Assembly (NCBI GenBank): GCA_951406725.2 | Contig: OX597836.1 | Span: forward strand, 43,462,001 to 43,526,000 | From: Octopus vulgaris | Taxonomy: Eukaryota | Direction: 5' to 3' | DNA: 64,000 nt | Shown here: piece by piece, positions 51,780 to 64,000 of the stretch | Position numbering within the stretch: position 1 is the stretch's first letter | Layout: each line of letters starts with the position of its first letter | Notes under the pieces: model-generated | Told to the model about the DNA's origin: nothing | Databases searched by the model: none | The model's input: the letters and a program-made list of their open reading frames with translations, nothing else | Made by a program: the position numbers and the translations under genes

Positions 51780-54589
51780 GTGAGTTTACTCTTTTACTCT
51801 TTTACTTGTTTCAGGCATTTGACTGTGGCCATGCTGGAGCACCGTATTTAGTCGAGCAAATCGACCCTAGGACTTATTCTTTGTAAAAGCCTAGTACTTA
51901 TTCTATCAGTCTCTTTTGCCAAACTGCTAAGTTATGGGGATGTAAACACACCAGCATCGGTTGTCAAGCGATGTTGGGGGGACAAACACAGACACACAAA
52001 CACATATATACATACATATATGACGGGCTTCTTTCAGTTTCCATCTACCAAATCCATTCACAAGGCATTGGTTGGCCCGAGGATATAATAGAAGACACTT
52101 GCCCAAGGTGCCATGCAGTGGGAATGAACCCGGAACCATGTGGTTGGTAAGCAAGCTACTTACCACACAGCCACTCCTGTGCCTATTTATTTATTAATTC
52201 TTAATGTTGTTAGCAAAAAGGCAACCTGGAAGAATCATAAGCACATTGTTCAAAATGCTAAGCAGCATCGTGTCCGTTTTTATGTTCTGAGTTCAGATTC
52301 CATTGTGGTTGACTTTACCTTTCATCCTCTCGAGATTGATCAAATAAGTACCAGTTGAGCATTGGGATTGACGTAATTGGAATTGGCTCTCCCGAAGTTG
52401 CTGGCCTTGTGCCAAAATTTGAAACCAATGTTGTTATTGGAAATGTTTTTGTCTGTTTGCTTATTTGTTTCTTGTTAGCTAACCAGGTAACCACATGAGA
52501 ATGTTGCAGCTAGGCATGTCATCAAGGTACTAAACTATCAAGCAAAGAGGGTCTGTTTAGGGCCTAATATTCCCCAGATTTACGGAGGAGAGACGGCTGA
52601 GATGATAAAGCATCAAAGTACCTTTGATTAATCCAACCCATGCCAGCTTCAAAAACATCTGTTTTCCATGCTGGCATGGGTTGGATGGCTTGACACACCA
52701 GGTTCCACAGTCTGCTTTGGTTTGGTTTCTTATTTCTGTATTGCCCACAAGGGGCTAAACATAGAGGGGACAAACAAGGACAGGCATAGGTATTAAGTCG
52801 ATTACATCGACCGCAGTGCATAACTGGTACTTAAGTTATCGACCCCGAAAGGATGAAAGGCAAAGTCGACCTTAGCAGAATTTGAACTCAGAATGTTACG
52901 ACAGATAAAATACTGCTAAGCATTTCACCCGGCATGCTAACGTTTCTGCCAGCTTGCCTTGGTTTTGGTTTGGTTTCTACTGCCAGATGCCCTTCCTAAT
53001 GCCAACCACTTCACATAGTGTACTGGGTGCTTTTTATGTGGTATCAACACCCACACCAACGCTTTTTATGAGGCACCTTGGTTTTAGGATCTCAGCTCTG
53101 TTGTGGTGGGTGGCTCCACATATCTTGGTTCTCTGTGAGCTCATTCGTATGGCTCAGTGTTTTACGATCAACCTTCAATACTTCATCCAATTTCCTCCTG
53201 GGTTTCCCTCTATTCTTAAAACAGTTTAGCAGACTTGAACATGAACATGGTTTTCACTAGCAGGCCTTAGCACACATCAGTAAACATTTTATTTGTTGGT
53301 TTATATAAACAGGAACAATGTTTCTCATCTAGTTCCATATTTCTTTACTACCCACAAAGGGCTAAACATAGAGGGGACAAACAAGGACATACAAAGGGAT
53401 TAAGTCGATTACATCGACTCCAGTGCATAACTGGTACTTAATTTTTCGACCCCGAGAGGATGAAAGGCAAAGTTGTCCTCGGCGGAATTTGAACTCAGAA
53501 CGTAACGGCAGATGAAATACCGCTAAGCATTTCGCCCGGTGTGCTAACATTTATGCCATCTCACCGCCTTTTCTCATCTAGTTCCAACGGACTGGATGGT
53601 ATCTATTAATGAGTTACAACTATGCTGAAGCACTGGTGTCTGATAGTCTGCTGATGTCACTTAGAGCAGGTGTGTTGTTTACGCACATCACCTGTAGGCA
53701 GAATTCATTCTCTTTGGTGCAAAGCTATGATCATACTTGAGTCTGCCAGAATATGTTGAGAATGGCTATACACGCAGTTGTTTTCATTTTTATTTACTTC
53801 TTTCAGTTAAGGGATGAGAAGCAACTGCCGTGACCTTTACGAGCCTTCCCAGACAGAATTGACATTGATGTAGTTCAAACAATTTTGTAAATCAAAGCAA
53901 GATTGTCATTTTGTATTCACATGACTCAGTGGTTAAAGTATCCGGATCACAGTCATGAGGTAGTGAGTTCAATTCCCAGACCAGACCGTGTGTTGTGTTC
54001 TTGAGCAAGACACTTTATTTCTTGTTGCTCCAGTTCACTCAGCTGTAGAAATGAGTCACTGGTGCCAAGCTGTATCAGCCTTTGCCTTTCCTTTGGACAA
54101 CATTGGTGGCGTGGAGAGGGGAGGCTGGTATGCATGGGCGACTGCTGGTCTTTCATAAACAAACCTTGCTTGAACTTGTGCCTTGGTGCAATCCCATGGT
54201 CAGTCATGACTGAAAGGGGTCTTTACCCTTTATAATTTCTTACAGTTTACATAACAATATTCTGGTTTCCTAAGGCAGCGAGCTGGCAGAGGCATTAGCA
54301 TGCCAGGCGATATGCTTAACGGCATTTCATCTGTCTTTACGTTTAGTACCAGTTGCATACTGGGGTCAATCTAAGCGACTGCACCCCCCCAAAAAAAAAA
54401 ATTGGGGGCCTTGTGCCTAGAGTAGAAAAGAATATTCTGGTTTCCTGTGTACTTGTTAATCATTTCTTCAGTTTGACTAAATAGATCAGAGCTTCTGTCT
54501 TATGCAAAACACTAGTTAATCACTTTCACTTTTTTTGCTAATTCTTTTTTTTTCACTATTGTTATTGCTTCAGTTATAAAAACCACAAT

Positions 54590-55500
54590 GTTCTCTACTA
54601 CATGTTGTTATGTCCTACTACTACATGTTGTTATGCCTCACTACCAAATGTTGCTGTCCCACTACTATATGTTGTTTTCCAATTACTATAAGACGTTATG
54701 TCCTACTACTACATGTTGTTATTCCCCACTACTATATGCTGCTATGCTCCCACTTCTGTATGTTATTGTTGCCCACTATTCTATCTTGCTATGTCCCACT
54801 TCTACATGTTGTTCTGTCCCACTACTATATATTGTTATTCCCCTCTACCAAATGTTGTTTTGTCCCATTACTACATGTTATGTCCCATTACCATATGTAG
54901 CTATGTCCCACTACTACATGTTGTTCTGTCCCACTACTACATGTTGTTCTGTCCCACTACTACATGTTGTTCTGTCCCACTACTATATATTGTTATTCCC
55001 CTCTACCAAATGTTATGTTCCATTACTACATGTTGTTCTGTCCCACTACTATATATTGTTATTCCCCTCTACCAAATGTTGTTATGTCCCATTACCATGT
55101 GTTGCTATGTCCCACTACTACATGTTGTTCTGTCCCACTACTATACATTGTTATTCCCCTCTACCAAATGTTGTTATGTCCCATTACCATGTGTTGCTAT
55201 GTCCCACTACTACATGTTGTTCTGTCCCACTACTATACATTGTTATTCCCCTCTACCAAATGTTGTTTTGTCCTATTACTACATGTTGTTATGTCCCATT
55301 ACCATGTGTTGCTATGTCCCACTGCTATACATTGTTATTCCCCTCTACCAAATGTTGTTTTGTCCCATTACTACATGTTGTTATGTCCCATTACCATGTG
55401 TTGCTATGTCCCACTACTACATGTTGTTCTGTCCCATTATTATATGTCGTTAGGTCTCGCTTATGTACCACTATCATATACTGTTATATTCCACTACTAT
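54590..55500. repeat. ~23-bp minisatellite (CCCACTACTACATGTTGTTCTGT variants)
   Basis: Directly visible tandem units. Confidence 0.93.
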
Positions 55501-55637
55501 ACGTCATTCTGTCTCATCACTATGTATTTGTTATGTCTCACCAGCAACATATATCATTCTACATCAGCATTATATATTATTTATTGTATCACTAGAGCAT
55601 GCTATCATTTATCAACAGCATATAAGGATTTAAAGTG

Positions 55638-56020
55638 TAGGTGCAATGGCCCAGTGGTTAGGGCAGCGGACTCGCGGTCGTAGGATCGCGGTTTCGACTC
55701 CCAGACCGGGCGTTGTGAGTGTTTATTGAGCGAAAACACCTAAAGCTCCACGAGGCTCCGGCAGGGGATGGTGGTGATCCCTGCTGTACTCTTTCACCAC
55801 AACTTTCTCTCACTCTTACTTCATGTTTCTGTTGTACCTGTATTTCAAAGGCCGGCCTTGTCACTCTCTGTGTCACGCTGAATATCCCCGAGAACTGCGT
55901 TAAGGGTACACGTGTCTGTGGAGTGCTCAGCCACTTACACATTAATTTCACGAGCAGGCTGTTCCGTTGATCGGATCAACCGGAACCCTCGTCGTCGTAA
56001 CCGACGGAGTGCTTCCATCC
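55638..56020 (+). mobile_element. tRNA-derived SINE (GCAATGGCCCAGTGGTTAGGGCAGCGGACTCGCGG head); representative copy
   Basis: 16-bp TSD ATAAGGATTTAAAGTG. Relatives at ~7180(-), 33965, 38462, 38905(-), 60956, 61273, 63306. Confidence 0.88.
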
Positions 56021-56160
56021 ATAAGGATTTAAAGTGACTTGTATATATACTGTTTTCTACCATTCTATATATATTTTTATAGGTATAACAGCTACATTAC
56101 AATGTATACCCCTGTAAACAATAAATTGTACCTCTTTATTTTCATTTCATTTTGTTTCAG

Positions 56161-56319
56161 ATAGGAAATCCTATGTATTATCTGTCCGAGATTATGATGA
56201 AAAATTACACCTGCCTATGGTAAAACATTACCGGCTTCGAACCATTGACAATGGTGGATACTACATAACACCAAAACATCTTTTTTCTGATTTGTTTGAG
56301 TTACTAGATCACTACCGCT
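56161..56319 (+). CDS. Src-family kinase exon 5 (SH2 C-half)
   Basis: Polypyrimidine tract plus cag acceptor; (D)RKSYVLSVRDYDEKLHLPMVKHYRLRTIDNGGYYITPKHLFSDLFELLDHYR; gtaagt donor, phase 1. Confidence 0.94.
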
Positions 56320-56683
56320 GTAAGTAAAGTAAATTTTGAAATATGTTGGTCCTCTATTGTATGTTGCGTGGGGGGTCTGCACGTGATATATTCGCGTGAT
56401 GTATGTGTATGAAAGGTTCCTCACTTTAACGATATTGTGAAAGGTCTTGGTGGAGGCCCAACCTTCTAAGTTCTTTTATAGGGCTTAGAAAAACTGAAGG
56501 ACCACTGGATTAAGTGAGTGAATTTGAGAGGGGAATATGTTGAATAAAATCATTGTTGATTCTCCTGTATTTTCTTTCATCTGAAGCCAGGAACTTTACA
56601 ACACAACTTTGTATGTGTTTATATACATATGTTGTATATATGTATAGTGTATGTGTGTATATATGTATACATATGAATGCCTG

Positions 56684-56722
<39 letters not shown>

Positions 56723-56784
56723 GACTATACATACATATATGTATGTATACATACACACATATGTATATATATATATATATACAT

Positions 56785-57061
56785 ATCACCTTGATCACCT
56801 TGACCGACCAGTCCGTCGGGCGTCCATTTGACATCGCTGGTCACAGCATGTTGTCCACTCCTCTCTGGATAGCGCCTTTCTCATCTACGTGATCCCAATC
56901 GTTCTCCTGAAATCGTAACTCCACCATCATGGAGGCCTTTCTGGTGGTCGTTTCCGCTCGCATGGGTACCACTCGACAACAGCATGGGCCCACCGATTAT
57001 CGGTGAGCCGAGCGACGTATATACACGCAGCAAGTTTAGATGGGCTGGACACGTCGCCCGA

Positions 57062-57066
<5 letters not shown>
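56785..57066 (-). mobile_element. RTE-type LINE 3' fragment with 5' inversion
   Basis: - strand VARLTDNRWAHAVVEWYP..RKRP; + strand SKFRWAGHVARL at ~57030-57066. Confidence 0.65.
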
Positions 57067-57109
<43 letters not shown>

Positions 57110-58184
57110 TTTTTTTTGTTTTTTAATTATTAAAATTCTTCCTAGAAGTAGTTGGCTTCTCAAGAAACAAAGTTCCATTACTTGAATCTGGAAAACAACA
57201 ACAATTATTACACATTGAACTTTAAGAAAATGTTACATATTTTTATTGTTCTACTTACAAATTGAATTGGTAAAGTTTGTGTTAGCAATTTTTTTTTTTT
57301 TTTTTTTTTTTTGCTTGAAAATCCTAGCTTTTCCAGAAGGTTACTTAGACATTTAATAGCATAACCAAGTGTACCAATAATTATTGGGATAAATGTAGAT
57401 TTGTAATCAAAGAAAAGAAACTGCAGGTTCTGAATTGGTTGTCCTTAAATATTCCCCTCGCAGACTTTGGAAGAACTGTTCACATCTGCAAGGCAGCTGA
57501 CATCCAACAAAATCAAAATCAAAATCGATCAACATCAATGGAAATTGTAGCTGTGATACCAGTGCCGGTGGCACGTAAGAGAACCATCCGAACGTGGCTG
57601 TTGCCAGCGCCGCCCAGAGTGGCATGTAAAAAGCACCATCCGATCGTGGCTATTGCCAGCCTTGCCTGGCCTCCGTGCCGGTGGCATATAAAAAGCACCA
57701 TCCGATCGTGGCCGTTTGCCAGCCTCGTCTGGCACCTGTGCGGGTGGCACGTAAAAAGCACCCACTACACTCATGGAATGGTTGGCGTTAGGAAGGGCAT
57801 CCAGCTGTAGAAACACTGCCAGATCAGACTGGGCCTGGTGCAGGTATCTAGCTTCCCAGACCCCAGTTGAACCGTCCAACCCATGCTTGCATGGAAAGCA
57901 GCCGCTAAACAATGATGATGATGATGTCCCAAACAACTTTATCAGACATGTTTAATTTGCACTTAGTAGAAATTTTGATGGGAATTTTCCACTATCATTC
58001 TTTGTGTTGCATGTACTCAGTTATGGGACATTCACTTTATTTATTGTACACCAGCCTTTCCTAAGGGTGGCATTATATATTGGTTTAGTGGCCACATCAT
58101 GTTCCAGTGGGAAATAGAACCTCAACAATATTTTTAGGCACCTGCTGCCCATCATTGATCTTTTACTTGTTTCAGTCATTAGAT

Positions 58185-58404
58185 CAGTGCTTTTCAAGCT
58201 TTTTGCTGGAGCGGAACCCCAAGGAAACATTCTACTGGCTCGAGGAACCTCTGTGCAATAATTTAATAGTCTTATGCACTCATATCTGCACAGGAGAATT
58301 AAAAATTACTGCCGATTTTAGCAGTTTTGTAACTTCTTGCGGAACCCCTGGACTGTACTGGCAGAACCCTAAGGTTCACGCGGAACCCTGGTTGAAAACC
58401 ACTG
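58185..58404. mobile_element. hAT-type MITE inserted in a SINE
   Basis: TIRs CAGTGCTTTTCAA / TTGAAAACCACTG; 8-bp TSD CATTAGAT. Confidence 0.85.
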
Positions 58405-58777
58405 CATTAGATTATAGCCTTGCTGAGGCACTGCCTTGAAGAATTCTTAGTTGAATATATTGACCCTAGTACTTATTTCTTTAAAGCCTCATGCTTATTT
58501 TATCGGTTTCTCTTGCCAAACTCCTAAGTTATTGGAACGTAAACACACCACCACTGCTTATCAGGCAGTGGTGGGGAACAAAGTTAGACACAAAGACACT
58601 CACACGCACACAGACACACACACATGTGTGCGTGCGTATATCTATGATGTGATTCTTTGAGTTTCCGTCTACCAAATTCACTCACAAGGCTTTGTTCAGC
58701 CTGAAGCTCTAGTAGAAGACACCCAAGGTGCCATGCAGTAAAACTGAACCTGAACCATGTGGTCGGCAAGATAGTTT

Positions 58778-59330
58778 CTTATTTCTTTATTGCCCACAAG
58801 GGGCTAAACATAGAGGGGACAAACAAGGAGTGACAAACGGATTAAGTCGATTACATCGACCCCAGTGCATAACTGGTACTTAATTTATCGACCCCGAGAA
58901 GATGAAAGGCAAAGTCGACCTCGGCGGGATTTGAACTCAGGATGTAATGGCTATCGGAATACCTATTTCTTTATTATCCACAAGGGGCTAAATATAGAGG
59001 GGACAAACAAGGACAGACAAACGGATTAAGTCGATTATATCGACCCCAGTGCGTAACTGGTACTTAATTTATCGACCCCGAAAGGATGAAAGGCAAACTC
59101 GACCTCGGCGGGATTTTAACTCAGGACGTAACGGCAGACGAAATACCTATTTCTTTATTATCCACAAGGGGCTAAACATAGAGGGGAGAAACAAGGACAG
59201 ACATAGGTATTAAGTCAATTACATCGACCCCAGTGTGTAACTGGTACTTATTTAATCAACCCCGAAAGGATGCAAAGCAAAGTTGACCTCGGCGGGATTT
59301 GAACTCAGGATGTAAATGCAGACGAAATAT
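58778..59330 (-). mobile_element. Three tandem Nin/Deu-domain-like SINE units; single copies at ~52730 and ~53338
   Basis: Same unit and tail (CCCCTCTATGTTTAGCCCCTTGTGG.TAATAAAGAAATAG) as the 47206 array. Confidence 0.85.
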
Positions 59331-60728
59331 GTGTGGCCTAATCGATTTTCTTATGGTCCCATTTTATGGGTTTAAGGGCCTCAATGTCTCAATTGTTCAT
59401 TGGGTATTTCGTAATCATCTCTTGCTCATGGATTGTAACAGTATAACCTTTGTAATGTGAAATGATGTACGAGTCAAAAATCGAAGAGTGCCCCCACACA
59501 CCTTGTTATTATTAGCATTGAAGGAAGCAAACTCACAGAATCATTCAAAACCCTGATAAAATGCTTAGCAGTATTTCGTCTAACTTTACTCTTTTACTTG
59601 TTTCAGTCATTTGACTGCGGCCATGCTGGAGCACCGCCTTTAATCGAGCAACTCGACCCCAGGACTTATTCTTTGTAAGCCTAGTACTTATTCTATCGGT
59701 CTCTTTTGCCGAACCGCTAAGTGACGGGGACATAAACACACCAGCATCGGTTGTCAAGCAATGCTAGGGGGACAAACACAAACACACACATATATATATA
59801 CATATATATACGACAGGCTTCTTTCAGTTTCCGTCTACCAAATCCACTCACAAGGCTTTGGTCGGCCCGAGGCTATAGTAGAAGACACTTGCCCAAGGTG
59901 CCACCCAGTGGGACTGAGCCTGGAACCATGTGGTTGGTAAACAAGCTACTTACCACACAGCCACTCCTGCGCCTTTACATTCTGAGTTCAAATGCTGCTG
60001 GGGTTGACTTAGCCTTTTTTCATCCTTTCAGGGTTGATGAAATAAGCACCACTGGGGTTGATGTAATCACCCACCCTTCCCTTGAAATTGCTGGCCTTGT
60101 GCCAAAATTTGAAACAAATATTAGCATCTTTCTCAAGTTTACTGGAAACGCATCTATGCACGAGTTCATGTGATATGCTGTGTGCTTTTCTCCCAGGCCT
60201 TTTTTTTTTTGAGGTACACTAGTGCTAAATGTCTGAGTTTACGTTGGGGGTTAATATTTCTCGAAGACTTAGGTTTTTGTATCTGGTCTACAAGAATCTT
60301 TATGTGAATTTGTGTGTTGAAACAAATTTTGTTGTGTCTGGGGAGAGTCATACTCCTTAATATCCAAAACACTTAATATCTAACACAGAGTCAACATTCA
60401 TTGACAAGGTTGGAAAAGAAAAAATATAAATAATAAATGAGTGGAAATCAAATCAGTGCGTGTGTTAGATATTAAGGCAGTATGACTCTCCCCAGACAAC
60501 AAAGCTTCTTGAAGAGTTCTCACATAATTTAATTTTATAGAACTTAGCTCCCATATGAAAATATCTATGCTATTAACCTTTAGCACACTGTAGGTGCATC
60601 ATATCACCATATGAGTTTTGTCCCTTGTAGTATCAGAGCAGTGACAAGGAAAATGATTCTAGAGAAAATGCAGTGTTCTAAAGGTTAAAAGTCACCATTA
60701 ATTCTGTGAAATGTATTTTTTTTTGTAG

Positions 60729-60875
60729 CTTTTAGCGAGGGTCTGTGTCAGCGTCTAATAAGAGTTTGTCCAAAAGAGCGTCCAGTTGTGCATTTTCGAG
60801 AACTGGAGATCAACCGTGAAGCTGTGGTTCTGATAAAGAAACTGGATAGCGGATGTTTTGGTGATGTCTATTTAG
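60729..60875 (+). CDS. Src-family kinase exon 6 (SH2-kinase linker and kinase G-loop); gene continues beyond the window
   Basis: ttgtag acceptor; (S)FSEGLCQRLIRVCPKERPVVHFRELEINREAVVLIKKLDSGCFGDVYL; gtaagt donor. All six exons join in frame. Confidence 0.92.
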
Positions 60876-63187
60876 GTAAGTCTTTATTACTCTTGTTTTG
60901 TATTTATTACTCATGCCATTTCTTTGAACCATGCCATCATTTTCACTCTAAATTCGTGGAGGCACATAGCCTAGTGGTTAGAGCAGCGGACTCGCGGTCT
61001 AGGAATCGCAGGTTCGAATCTCAGACCGGGTGATGTGTATGTTTATGAGCGAAACACCTAAGCTCCACGCGGCTCCGGCAGAAGGTAATGGCGAAACTTC
61101 TGCTGACTCTTTCGCCACAACTTTCTCTCACTCTTTCCTCCTGCATCTTGCAGCTCACCTGCGATGGACCGGCGTCCCGTCCAGGTGGGGGAACCTATAC
61201 GCCAAGGAAACCGGGAAACCGGTCCTTATGAGTCAGGCATGGCTCAAGAAGGAACAAACAATATTTTATTGAGTGGAGGCACATGGCCTAGTGGTTAGTG
61301 CAGCAGACTTGCGGTCGAGGGATCGCGGGTTCAAATCTCAGACCAGGTGATGTGTATGTTTATGAGCGCAACACCTAAGCTCCACGCGGCTCCGGCAGAA
61401 GGTAATGGCGAACTTCTGCTGACTCTTTTGCCACAACTTTCACTCTTTCCTCCTGCATCTTGCAGTTCACCTGTGATGGACCGCCGTCCTGTCCAGGTGG
61501 GAAACCTATATGCCAAGAAACCGGGAAACCGGCCCCTATGAGCCAGGCATGGCTCGAGAAGGAACAAACTCTAAATTTAGTTCACTGGAGTCTCATGGTC
61601 TTCAAAATACTGCGGTTGATGAAGCAGCATTTCTTTCAAACACATAAAGTCATCTACTGCTTGATTGTGCTGCATGTAAGGACAGCAGAGACTAGATAAA
61701 TCCATCTAAATATGCATATATCTATTATATAGCCGCAGGAGTGGCTGTGTGGTAAGTAGCTTGTTTACCAACCACATGGTTCCGGGTTCAGTCCCACTGC
61801 GTGGCACCTTGGGCAAGTGTCTTCTATTATAGCCTCGGGCCGACCAAAGCCTTGTGAGTGGATTTGGTAGACGGAAACTGAAAGAAGCCCATCATATATA
61901 TGTATGTATGTGTGTGCGTGTATATTCTTGTGTCTGTGTTTGTCCCCCTAGCATTGCTTGACAACCAATGCTGGTGTGTTTATGTCTCCATTACTTAGCG
62001 GTTCGGCAAAAGAGACCGATAGAATAAGTACTGGGCTTACAAAGAATAAGTCCCGGGGTCGTGTTGCTCGATTAAAGGCGGTGCTCCAGCTTGGCCGCAG
62101 TCAAAATGACTGAAACAAGTAAAAAAAATCCGTTCTGTCTGTCTGTCTGTGTGCCTTCTAGGATCTTGGGAATCCTCCATCCGATTGCACTAAAATTTTG
62201 ATTTGTAGATACCGACAGTATCAAGGCATGTATAAGTCTTGAAAAAATTACAAAAATCGATTCCAGGTGAGAATGCGATCGATAAAGCCGTGGAAACGTG
62301 CATTTGTACACGCAAGTACATCAGCTGTTGTGATCGATACTACACGTACGTGAGAAAAATGCTCATGCAGCTTACGCAAGCAAAGCCCGCTGGCTTGAAA
62401 TAAATGCCACAAAATGCAGTATATGTAAGAGACCAAAAAAGTAAGATGCAAAAGAGATATTTTCTTCAAACTTGGCATGAAGGAAGGAAAGATTATTTGG
62501 TTTCTCAAGAAGTTTTTTTTTTTGCCTTAACTTTCTACCTTTATTTCTTCTTTTTCTGGTGTCTCAAATTTAGGTTAAATCAGTGTTTCTCAAAAGGGAG
62601 GCCTATGGGACGGTCAGACAAGTTGTTTTGAGAAAATTTGGCTTAAATGTTTGACAACTCAGCACCGTCCATTGGACGGGGGTGGGGGGGGGCGTTTTGC
62701 TTGTATTTCATAATTTATCTTGGACAGAGCCATCCCATAAGAATAATAGCTAAAACAGTTGTTTCCACCAACTTAACAATAACAATTATGATTTTTGGGG
62801 GAATGTAACCCTAGACATTGAGAAAGGCAAGAACTAACCCCCACAGAAATCCCAACAAGGAAGTGTTTATATCCATAGAAACTCTAATCACCACTCACTC
62901 ACCAGCTGTAATTAGAAACCTGGTCACAGGTATTAACAGTGGAACCTCCAGTCTGCTGGTCGTCAGAAAGAGACCTTCAGTATGGCTTCACTCTGTAACA
63001 ACATATAATGAAGAGTGGCTTTATTGATAAGTCATTGTACTTGGAGCATTCTTTGTCCTTAACCACAAACCTGAAGAAAGTTAGAAAGAAATATATATAT
63101 ATATATATACACACACACATATATATACACATACATATATACATACATATATATATATATATATGCACATACATATATATATATATT

Positions 63188-63239
<52 letters not shown>

Positions 63240-63259
63240 CATATATATATATATATATT

Positions 63260-63307
<48 letters not shown>

Positions 63308-64000
63308 GAGGCGCAATGGCTCGGTCATTAGGGCAGCAGACTTGCGGTTGTAGGATCGCGGTTTCGATTCCCAGATCGGGCGTTGTGAGTGTTTAGAGAG
63401 CGAAGACACCTAAAAGCTCCACGAGGCTCCGGCAGGGGGTGGTGGCAATCCCTGCTGTACTCTTTCGCCGCAACTTTCTCTCATTCTTTCTTCTGTTGGC
63501 CTGCTTGCTTATCCAGCGGGGTGGTGTCATTCGAAGGCTAAAACAATGCATATCGCTCATGTTGGACTCTTTAGAATTGGAATTTTTGAAAAGTAAAAAT
63601 TTTGCATTATGTAGCTTGTTATTCTCTTTAAGTGAACATTTTTCTGGTTGAAATACACCGAAAAATGGCGATACAGCAGTAAAAAATCTTAAAAATAGGG
63701 ATTTTCTTAGAAAAATAGCACCTTTTTGATGTAAATGATTTTTGGTGTTAATATGGTCCAATTTGAATTTTTTCTTCTACAGAAGGAAAAGCAAGCCTTC
63801 TTCTATCATACTCTCAATTTTGGTCACTTGCGCCGCAGGGTCTCGGAGGAGATAGTGTTAGTTGAAGGCTACCATACACAGACAACTTCAGCTTTATATA
63901 TAGAGAGATATATCTGTATAAATTATTGTATGACAAGGGTATAAGAATCACATAACCAACTTCATTAGCTCTCAGTTGTTTCTGCTACGAGAAGCAGTAC

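Noticed and set aside
54588-55683. Cys/Tyr-rich ORFs in all three frames
   Set aside because: Minisatellite in an intron; open in every frame and without supporting splice signals.
55638-55710. tRNA gene
   Set aside because: tRNA-like head of a SINE with body, tail and TSD; no complete cloverleaf.
62755-62975. Possible hammerhead with a long stem II on the - strand (CTGACGA...GAAAC)
   Set aside because: Stems I and III could not be convincingly paired by eye.

Overview
AT-rich, repeat-dense eukaryotic DNA. The SINE and MITE repertoire and the expanded 28S fragment point to a cephalopod, probably Octopus (inferred, not searched). The + strand carries the first six coding exons of a Src-family tyrosine kinase (34777-60875: myristoylation motif, SH3, SH2, start of the kinase domain). 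The main structure is a ~16 kb head-to-tail array on the - strand (16954-32831). It consists of one Tx1/L1-clade non-LTR retrotransposon (ORF1 + APE-RT ORF2) preceded by six ORF1-only units from two other divergent ORF1 families (4x B, 2x C). Every unit ends in the same 3' hairpin/AATAAA tail, which is also the tail of an abundant SINE in this window. The array interrupts a decayed fourth ORF1 and is bracketed by the 5' TC and 3' hairpin-CTAG ends of a Helitron. The rest is SINEs, Penelope, CR1, RTE, mariner and hAT fragments, MITEs, three large satellites, two long hairpins, degenerate hammerhead ribozymes and a 28S rRNA fragment. All calls are from reading the sequence; no database searches were run.
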